Assembly (NCBI GenBank): GCA_001599295.1
Contig: BCGN01000010.1
Coordinates: 248,001 to 312,000 of the forward strand
Length of the DNA: 64,000 nucleotides
Reading direction: 5' to 3'
DNA from: Sporopachydermia quercuum
Taxonomy: Eukaryota
Numbering within the stretch: the first letter of the stretch is position 1; the number at the start of each line of letters is the position of its first letter. The notes under the pieces were generated by a model. That model worked only from the letters and a program-made list of their open reading frames with translations, ran no database searches and was not told the DNA's origin. The translations under genes were made by a program, and so were the position numbers. Shown here one piece after another: positions 23,515-33,165 of the stretch.

Positions 23515-24225
23515 TTAATAATTGTAATAGGGCCTTGATGTTTCAAGGAATACTTCAAGTGGATCCTCTAAATGAGTGTTCTCTGTTTTTGCCTTGAATA
23601 GAAGATCTTGTAACGTTGAAGTCTCAAATGATGGAAAACTTGTAGCACATGGCATTAAATCTAAAGAAGGTCCAGGTGAGCTTGATCGTGAACTATAGCT
23701 CATACTGTCTGAGCTCATCATTGGGGGAACTAGATCAAAAGTATCACTTAGCTCCGATGAGTCCAGCAAAGAAGTAAGATCTATCTTGTTTTCTTCATCT
23801 ATTATGAAGTCATCTACTTGAGGATCTTTATCTTCATAGTATTCTTCCTTTTGAACCTTTAATTCTTTTTCTTGTTGTTTCCTTTTGGACAGTTCTCTTT
23901 GCTGCCTTTGTTTTCTGGTTCTATTTGACCTTTGTTTCCTTTCACCACAAGATCTTTGATGCCGCACTAAAACATCTTTGCGAGCAAAAGCACTTGAACA
24001 CTTTGTACATCTGTAAGGTCTTTCTGAAGTATGAATTCGTTCGTGCCTTATAAGATGTTCTGCCCTTTTAAACTTCATGTTACACACTTTGCAAATAGGA
24101 ACAGGTTTCCTCCATCCAGCAGAGTTCAGGTTTAATTTGAGTATTGACTGCATTGATTGCATCGAAGGAGCCTTTTCGCACAAAGTGTCGTTCATGGGAA
24201 CATAAGATATTGTTGACAGCGACAT
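23515..24225 (-). CDS. Two-finger C2H2 zinc-finger transcription factor
   Basis: CKVCNMKFKRAEHLIRHERIHTSERPYRCTKCSSAFARKDVLVRHQRSC, followed by a basic stretch and an acidic/Ser-rich tail. Confidence 0.85.
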   Translation of the reverse strand: MSLSTISYVPMNDTLCEKAPSMQSMQSILKLNLNSAGWRKPVPICKVCNMKFKRAEHLIRHERIHTSERPYRCTKCSSAFARKDVLVRHQRSCGERKQRSNRTRKQRQQRELSKRKQQEKELKVQKEEYYEDKDPQVDDFIIDEENKIDLTSLLDSSELSDTFDLVPPMMSSDSMSYSSRSSSPGPSLDLMPCATSFPSFETSTLQDLLFKAKTENTHLEDPLEVFLETSRPYYNY

Positions 24226-27200
24226 TGCAGTATGTGTTTGATATCTGTGAATGATAAGTTGTATATGGTCTGATAATTTCTTCGGCTATATGTTATAATG
24301 GTCTTGCTATAACTGGATATGAATCTTGATATCTGAATCTTGATATCTTAATCCTATTACCAAAATGACCTGATTTATTTTTGTTTTCTCAGTTACTCTT
24401 TTCTTTATTGTTTTTCTCTTTACTTCCGTTTAATCATTTTGGTTTTTGCTGGATGATCACTAATATATATTTAATCTATTAAGCTTTATTCTCCGGGATA
24501 AATTTTCAGCGAAGAAGGGATGAGTGTGTTTAAGGTTGAAATCTGGGGAAGTATACTTTAACCTTAGCTTAACTTAATTAAACTAAGTCATTAGAGTTGA
24601 TTGTCGATCTAATCATGTTAAACTACTTTGATGCTACTGGTTACTAGTTATATCCGAATAAATACATTAGTCACAATTTTATAGTGAAGGTCAGTGAGGT
24701 TTATGTTTTTATGAACTACTAGCAAGTAGTTGTTCTAAACCATGTTTCTTTCGCTTTGTTGATGGAATCCTCCTATCAGCTCAAGTACAAGACAGTGACT
24801 AGCCACTACATAGGAAAAAAATTATAATTAATTATACTGTTAAAAGTATATACATAAATTACATAGAAACACATAATATCACTGGGAAAAGTTACTGTGC
24901 CAACCTTATACTAAGGAAATCTTACTGCACTCAAGCTGTTAATTTGACTTGAGCAAGTGAAGGGAATCCCACTGCTAGTACAAACCGCATAAACCCTATG
25001 TAATTAATGCAATTTACTATCTATGGTAGCAAGCTAGTTAATAGTTTATTTTCAGGAACAGAATTTTCGGTTGGGTGTTCCGTATCATAGCACCCTTGAT
25101 CATCATATCAAACTACAAAACTTCAAATATGATTGCGAGTGAAACGACTAAGACTGAAATAATCTGATCAACATTGAATATGGGCTAGCTCATAAGAAAG
25201 TATTCCTTCTGACACTTTTGGTTAGTTGGGAGTACTCCAGCACCTCTTTGTTGAGACTATACTATGAACTAATTTTAAAATATAACAAGCGGAAGCGTTG
25301 ACAGGGGTAACGTTTTTGATTGTAAAGTTACGAATTAATTAAACGTGAAACTTTAAGAGTACCAAACTTAAATTTGTGGCATCCTCAGATTCGCTTAATG
25401 CAAATTCGATAGCGTGAATAAAAATGCCAAAGAGAACAAACAGTTAAACAAGTATAAACACTTTTCTTAAACGAAAAGTGATGAATACAAAACTATCAAA
25501 CATCGCTTTCCTTCATATTTATTCCAGTGATCATTCAACTACAATAAGAAGCAAATAAGGTTTATACTATTATATAAACTACTTCAGTAGCATAAACTTT
25601 GTTTAAGGTTTAAATTTTTCGTTTAACCGGTGATCACTTCGTCAGCAATTCGCTCCCATTACTGGCTGTTACATAATACAAAGTGAACAGTTTCTTGACC
25701 CACCACAAAACATCAAAATCCCTTATAAGTAGTGCAAGTTGATTGTCAGCTATTACGCAAAAATAAGCTATCAATTTGAGAGTTTTTGGTAGATTTTGAT
25801 AATCCTTTCAAACAGCCTTCCTTCCAAATCTTCTTTTTTGTTTGACGTTTCCTGTTAGCCAAATAGCTCATAAATATCCGATGCACTAAACATGTAGGTG
25901 GTAATATTATCCTCTTTGGTATTTATCCTGCGTTCATTTGTTTTCCCGGAAGAAAAATCAGTTAAACTTCTTCCTTGAGCTCAAAAAACGTTAGAGCATT
26001 AATTCGGGTGAACATTGCTACAAAGTGAAGGCAACGGCTTATCCATAGATCATTTATTACTAAACAAGCACCAAAAAAGGTAAATAATGAAATTATGTGC
26101 AGTCAGTAAAACACTCTTTACCAAATTTTGATTGAAACTGAGGGTCATAGTAATTTACAAAATGAATGGAAAATAGAAGAAGATCACCGCAGTTTTTTTT
26201 CTTTGGATCAAACGGACATCAATAATGTAAATATAGCATAGCATGTATTAATTTTTTCATTCTTTCATCAAATGTATTGAAAAAAATCGGTGATCGTTTT
26301 ATATGCACGAGAGTATATGGAACTGATGACTGGTGTTCAGTCTCTGCTACCGCAGATGGAGGATACCTCTTTTTGACATTTTCTATGTTGAATCCCCACT
26401 TTGCACGTATATCTATACATTTGAGTGATATCTCGTAAATCAAATTAGGCAACTTGAATCCCTATCAATTATACTAACAGCTTATATACTTCTTACTCGG
26501 AAACTAAAGATTAATTGTTCTACTTGTGATCGGTTAACAACATGGGAGTAGTAAGAATTAGTCTATTTGCAGTAAAGGGCCATGTCTGAAAGTACTGTGT
26601 TCTAAATTAATCGTGGTATAGTATCCTGTAACAAGTATGCTCAATATATCAAACTCTAGGTTGACCAGGGTGAAATTACACAATTTTCTCAGTAGCCATT
26701 GTTCCTCTCCCTCCTGTAGTAGTCTGAAGATGATCCATTCCAATCCTTTCTTTCTTTAGTAATACTGATATCTTATTATAACTTCTCTTCCGCCATGACA
26801 ATTTTAACTTTCATTTCTAGTTTCTACCCCACATTTCCCTTTCCGTATAAACCTATTTTATAACTTTGCTTTCGGAATCTTAATAAAGTTTGTTACCAAC
26901 TGCATATTCTAATTTTATGTTTGTAAAACCATTGAGGCGGATGTTCACTTCTTTACTGTTAACCCATCATTGAATAAATAGATTATTCTAATTGAACATG
27001 AATCATTGCAGATTGATCAAAGTAACAGATAGACAAGCTTTACAACTGAAATGAATCATACTTCAAGTCAAAATTGTCGTCTTTCTTTTGATTGAAAATA
27101 GGGGTTCGTATTCTGTAAATAGTTCTAAACCAATGCCATGATACATTCTCCTTAGTTCTATCTCTATCTTACATAGTACCATATCTGTAGTTTGGGGTAA

Positions 27201-27556
27201 ACGTTACAACTGATATGCCTTTTTAAATGTTATTCCGCTGTGNAATTGGAAGTAATTGTCTTCTACTGTTGTTGATGACCTGATTATATAAAACTTAATT
27301 TCTTAACCCCAGATATTTATTGATTTGCACTATGTATGTTCAATATTAAGCCATTGTTGTAAATCAGTTCTTAAACTCCACAATATAAATAGTCTTTCTT
27401 ACCCTTATCTGATGTTTTCTCACGGAGCTACATTGACTAACTATTATTTTCTTTAATTGTATTGTTCTTTCAGAAATACTATAGTATAATAATATTATAT
27501 TATATTATTGATAAATCAATTACACTCAGTCAATCAAAACAAACATTCTTTATAAA

Positions 27557-29113
27557 ATGTCGCAATCTGTTACAGTATCAAAATCTGCCGAGTACGACCA
27601 GTACTATCAAAACTTGTTCCACTGGGCAGAAACTGGAAAGGATGGTGAAGTTCCTGCTCCTTATAAGAGGGAGAACGATCCTTATGAGTACTCTGCTGGC
27701 TGGGGTAATGCTCATGTAAGTTAATTTTCAAGCTAGTACTCTATTGATATGATAAGTAATACTAATTAACAAATTTAGGCTTCCGAAGCTATCCCAGGTA
27801 CTTTACCTCAAGGTCAAAATTCACCCAGAAGTGTTAGATTTGGCCTCTATGCTGAACAACTGACAGTCTCAGCCTTCATTGCTCCTCGCCAATTCCAAAG
27901 ACAAACCTGGTTATACCGTATGAGACCAGCAGTCGCTCATAAAGGTTACACTGATTTGCCAGATAACCCAGATTGCGAAAACAACTTCCTCCCATCAAAC
28001 CCAAAAGTTCATGTTTCACCAACTCAACTTGCTTGGAAACCAATTGACATCCCTGAAGGAAATGAAGTTGATTTCGTTGCCGGTTTAAAGTCAATCGCTG
28101 GTTGTGGTGATCCTTCTCTTCGTGAAGGTCTTGCCAGTCTGATTTACGTTGCCAACACTTCTATGAAAGACACTGCCTATGTTAATCAAGATGGTGAAAT
28201 GATGATTCTGCCTCAACAAGGCCGTTTAGACATTCAAACCGAATTCGGTTGGTTATATGTTCAACCTGGTGAGATTTGCGTTATCCCCAGAGGTGTTAGA
28301 TTCTCAGTTAACTTACCTGATGGACCTTCAAGAGGCTATGCATGTGAACTTTGGGGTTCAATTTTCGAAATTCCAGAGTTAGGACCTCTTGGTGGTTACG
28401 GCTTAGCCAACGCTAGAGATTTCCTTTATCCTAAGGCTTACTATGATGACCCTGAAAGAGAAGTTACCTACAAGATCGTCTCCAAGTTAAATGGTAAATA
28501 TTTCCTTTCTAGCCAACCACATACCGTTTATGATGTTGTCGCTTGGCACGGCACTTCAGCTCCTTACAAGTATGATTTAACCAAGTTCGTTAATATTGGT
28601 TCAATCTCTGTTGATCATATTGATCCATCAGTTTTCTGCGTTTTGACTGCAAGATCAAGAGATCCTACTGCTCCTTTACTGGATTTCCTCATCTTCTCTC
28701 CAAGATGGGATGTTGCATCTAATACCTACAGACCTCCTTACTATCATAGAAATGCTTCTGCTGAACTTATGGGGCTTTTGTATGGCCAATATGGCGGTAG
28801 ATCTGATGAGTTTGAACCTGGTTCTGTATCTTTTGAAACTGGTATGACTCCTCATGGTGTTGCTTATCCTGAATTCAAACAGGCCAGTGAAAATGATCAA
28901 CCTCAACATCAAATTTCCAAAGGTTCAATTGCTTTCATGTTTGAATCAAGCAGATCATTTGCCATCACTGATTTCGCTTGGAACTCTGATAAGATTCATT
29001 ACCACGATCCTAAGATGTGGGATGATCTTGTTTCAAACTTCCCCAAGCATATTGACGAAGTTAAGAAGATTCTTGGTGATAAATGGAGACATGGTGTCAA
29101 TGCCAGAGAATAA
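27557..29113 (+). CDS. Homogentisate 1,2-dioxygenase-like (HmgA/HGD family) enzyme; 1 intron
   Basis: Exon 1 is 27557-27715, intron 27716-27778 (GTAAGT..TACTAAT..TAG, 63 nt), exon 2 27779-29113. YSAGWGNAH|ASEAIPGTLPQGQNSP..GLYAEQL..WLYRMRP; DHIDPSVFCVLT; RPPYYHRNASAELMG; MTPHG. About 497 aa. Confidence 0.9.
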
Positions 29114-29646
29114 GTGGTTTATTCATTATTCGTATTAAGATGTTTATTTAACTAAAGTAGTGTTATGATATTATATGTAGCTATTGATTGTAATTGAAAT
29201 TTGTGACGGTGATATGTATTTAATGTTCATTACATAATTGATCTGTAGAAACTATGGTGTAGACTACCAATTTGCGTTGTAACCGGAGGTGATATTTTGA
29301 GATAAAACATTTAGGTAAACAATAAACATCCTTTCTTGGAATCCTGTTTGAAGAGTCAATAACTGAAGTAGATATTTATATTATTATATATTTAGGTAGA
29401 TATTTGTATGAGGAAGCTAGCTTTGTTTTTGATTATATCAATCGAGAATGAAATTTGTTGTTCTGCGTCTCTGAAAAATCGTGAAAGCCCGCAAACAGGC
29501 GTTCTCGTTGTACATTACATTTGCTATCTTACTATTTTACAGTAGATATGACGTTACTGAAAATCCAATTGTTGTAACAAAGAATTGACTGTTATTTCAG
29601 TATATACTATTCCTGTTTTATCTATAGATTGTATAGTAATTTCTTC

Positions 29647-30873
29647 CTATTTCTCTAAAGAGCTTACAACGTACGCAAGGCTGCCTAACCATTTTTCAGG
29701 CTCATGGGCAAATGACAAATGATTTCCACCATCCCATAATTTGAATACCTTACCGCCAAGTCTTTCAGCTTCCTCGGCTGCCGATATCAAGTATGGGGCA
29801 GTATTTCCATTCCAGCAGAGAGCAATTGGCACATCGTTTTGCTCAACAGTTGCATTCACAACAACTTGTTTAATCTCCTCATTATTTTTCCCCAGCTTCC
29901 AATAAAATCCATGACCAACCATCTCAGGACTCCATGCTTCCTCAATAAGATCACCAATATAATTATTACTGAAATCATAAACTTCTCCCTGCTTATTGTA
30001 AAATCCACTAATCCATGTAGCGAAATTATTAGCTATTTCAAGCTCCTTTTTGTCTTTGTCGTTGCTATCATTGCTATTGCTACTCATTGCATCTGTATAG
30101 TCCTTGGTTGGTAACAAACCAAATGCACTTCCTGGAGGTTCGAATAATATCAGAGCTTTAATATCATTAAGTATTGTTCTTGATATTCCTGATTTCGTAC
30201 AGAAGGATCTATCTGCCAATGCCATCAACAATGTGGTACCTTTTGACCATCCCACAACTATTAGTTTCTTATTTACATTACCGCTATTTGGCGAGTTCAC
30301 CTTTTCGTTAATATATTCAAGGAACAGGACAAAATCTCGAACATAATCTATGGTTAGCTTTACTGCGTCAGCCGTTAGATTTTTCTCTTCAGCTGTTAAT
30401 GCTGTAGAATTTTTATATCCTCTTTGGTTGAATGTAATCAAACGAATTGGAAGCTCTTTTTGTTTGATTATATTGTATAATGGATGGAATATCTCTTTTG
30501 TATAACCTACACCATGAGCTATTATGATGGTTTGGTAGTTTGAGGAGTGATTCGGAGGTATTCCAGAGTCCGTATAAGCTATGGTTACTCCATTTGAAAG
30601 AGAAGAAAACTCAGTATCCATTTGGACTGTTAATCTAGATTTATTTAAACAAATAGTGCTGAAGAAATTGAAAGGCTGCAAATGAGATACGTTATGATTC
30701 AGCAGTTTGGCATGGGTGTTGATTGAAGTTGTAGTAAACTCCTGGTTGATAAGCTTGCACGTAGTAACACTTCTTGTGACAAAAGTTCTTGCTATTCTTC
30801 GAGAATAAATCCTTGGCTTACTACTTAGAATTGAATGTGAGAAATTTTCAATTTTCATATAATTGCTATTCAT
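29647..30873 (-). CDS. Alpha/beta-fold hydrolase (catalytic domain from ATG 30621; possible 84-aa N-terminal extension)
   Basis: IAYTDSG, IIIAHGVGY (oxyanion region), ITFNQRGY, nucleophile elbow VGWSKG, LILFEPP, C-terminal GGNHLSFAHEP (catalytic His). Confidence 0.8.
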   Translation of the reverse strand: MNSNYMKIENFSHSILSSKPRIYSRRIARTFVTRSVTTCKLINQEFTTTSINTHAKLLNHNVSHLQPFNFFSTICLNKSRLTVQMDTEFSSLSNGVTIAYTDSGIPPNHSSNYQTIIIAHGVGYTKEIFHPLYNIIKQKELPIRLITFNQRGYKNSTALTAEEKNLTADAVKLTIDYVRDFVLFLEYINEKVNSPNSGNVNKKLIVVGWSKGTTLLMALADRSFCTKSGISRTILNDIKALILFEPPGSAFGLLPTKDYTDAMSSNSNDSNDKDKKELEIANNFATWISGFYNKQGEVYDFSNNYIGDLIEEAWSPEMVGHGFYWKLGKNNEEIKQVVVNATVEQNDVPIALCWNGNTAPYLISAAEEAERLGGKVFKLWDGGNHLSFAHEPEKWLGSLAYVVSSLEK

Positions 30874-31754
30874 GCTCTTTACCCTACAATGAAAACTATT
30901 ACCAGTAGGTAAAGTGTAGTTGAATCTAAGATCAAGTATAGAGATCCCTTCGGTAATGTGGGGTCAGTAAGTGATCAAATAGACTGTTCAAGTTGGGCTG
31001 AAGTTCTTACATAAAATCTAGGTGAATTCACTCCCAATTTTTTTTTAATCTTTTGTTCGTTATTCTTAAAGGAGAGAGCTGGTGGTATTTTATCTAGTCA
31101 TACTTTCTTGACTTAAAAGTTTAACATTCAAAAGCCATGTTTTGCAGTAAATGATACAGTAAACTTCAGGCACCTTATAAGCGAGTCTGCGTTGAATAAT
31201 TTTCCCCGTAGCAAGCACCCGGATGCAAATACCTTGCAGCACTACAATAATTGACACCTTACTAATAACGCTATTCTTTCTCCTTAAGAAAGCGACTTTC
31301 CTTGAATCAAGCAAAAAAACAATTAAACATATTGCATATTACTCCCTGGTTGAATAGATCCAGCAGATAGAGATGTATTGTGGAGAGGTGAATCGGCTGT
31401 CTCTTTATCCGAAGTGGGATTTAAGGTTTATTCTGGTACATATGTAAAATAGAATTCAATAAACTTAAATTCTGTACGAAGTTTAATTGTGTACCCTAGT
31501 GAACTTTAATTGAAACGTAACAATTGAATTGAATTCAGTGGAAGGAAAAACCTATTGACCATTCTACTATTCTACGGTGATCGATTGTTGAGCTGAGAAC
31601 TGAGCAACTAAGTACCATGAGGGTTGATGACAAAACATATGAATTTGCTAGATTAAATAAACACTCAAACCAATTTAGGATTCGAGGATCAGAGGATCAT
31701 CGGAAGAGTAGAATCCATTATTCAGCTATCTCCTAGTAGTGTTTTGTCATCATC

Positions 31755-32878
31755 ATGACTTCAATCAGCATACTTATCACTGGTATGTCATAGGCAGCAA
31801 TCATGTTTTATCTTGTGTTTTAAATAATTATCACACTAACATCTTCTCAGGTGCAACTGGTTACATTGGAGGCACGGTGCTACATAAACTCTTGACAGAA
31901 CCTCCACTTCCTGATTTGAATTACAATGTAACAGCCATTATCAGAAACTCCAAGTACCTTGAAACTCTCAAGGCAAACTACGGAAATAAACTACCGAATA
32001 TCGTGGTTGCAAGTTACGATGACACTGAAGTTGTTGGAGACCAGATAGCTTTGGCTGACGTTATATTTCATATTGGAGGCTCAGCGGATCATCATGGCAT
32101 TTTAACCGTTTTCCAAGAAAGAATGAAGACAACTTGTCTTCTAATTCACACTGGTGGCTCTGCAATTACCTGCTTTGCAGATGAAAACTTCAAAAGAGGC
32201 TCAAGAATCTTTAATGACGTTCTTGATGATAAATACATGTGTTATGATATTCCTGATAACCATATTCACCGCAGCATCGAGAAGAAATTTTTTGAAATCT
32301 CGCAGAACAATCCTAAGTTGAAAACAGTTCTAATATGTCCTTCGTTAGTGTACGGAAAAGGTTCAGGTGTAGGCAATACAAGATCCATTCAAGTTCCAGC
32401 TGTTATTCAAACATTAATTTCTTCTAAAAAACCAGTCAAATATAAAAGCAGCTTACCTATTTGGAGTTCTGTTCATATTGATGATTTAGCAGACTTTTAT
32501 ATGCTAATCTTCAAAACTTATTTTGAGAATCCTAGCTTGCTGACTTACAATGATCAAGGATACTACTTCGTGTCAGATAGTGAACTAAAACTATCAGAAG
32601 TAAATGAAAAGGCAATTGAAATATTGAAAAGCAACCCAAATTTCAAATTCAGCAGAAATGAAGAGATATCGATTGACGATTTAATAGACAACCTGGCAGA
32701 AGACAGTCCACCTGTGAGCGGGAAAATATACAGTCGGGCAAGGTTTGTTATGCAGAATAATTCAAGAATAAGAGCATTCAAAGGCATACGGTTAGGATGG
32801 GTCCCCACACGAGGAGAAATATATAAACATTTGGAAGAAGAAGTTGAATATTGGCTTGAAAAGTATCCTGACTTTTAA
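31755..32878 (+). CDS. NAD(P)-binding extended/atypical SDR (epimerase/dehydratase-like); 1 intron
   Basis: Exon 1 is 31755-31782, intron 31783-31850 (GTATGT..CACTAAC..CAG, 68 nt), exon 2 31851-32878. MTSISILITG|ATGYIGG (Rossmann fold), LIHTGGS, ICPSLVYGKGSGVGNTRSIQVP, WSSVHIDDLADFY, LGWVP. About 351 aa. Confidence 0.85.
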
Positions 32879-33165
32879 GATAAATATCCTCAGAAAAATG
32901 TCGTACGTTTGAGACAGAATGAGTTAAATCGTCCTTTTCCTGATATAGAAATGCAACTAGCCTACTATTGGGAAAATCAACTTAGCATCAGAACCTCAGC
33001 ATAGATTACCCTATACAAACAACATTGTACAATGGATTAATATATTATCAAGAACACTATTTACAAATTTGAGAATACATTTGAAATTAAAAATGAGAAA
33101 CCAGACACACCAAGCACCAAACGCCAAACATGAATGAAGCATGAAACATGAAACGCTATATGACA

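Noticed and set aside
26219..26743. Two short minus-strand ORFs and a plus-strand TACTAACAG in the 3.3-kb TF/HGD intergenic region
   Set aside because: Non-ATG starts and no motifs. All frames after the putative acceptor close quickly.
31739..31850. His-rich N-terminus MFCHHHDFNQH of the SDR ORF
   Set aside because: Artefact of reading UTR and intron. The true start is ATG 31755 with a 68-nt intron.
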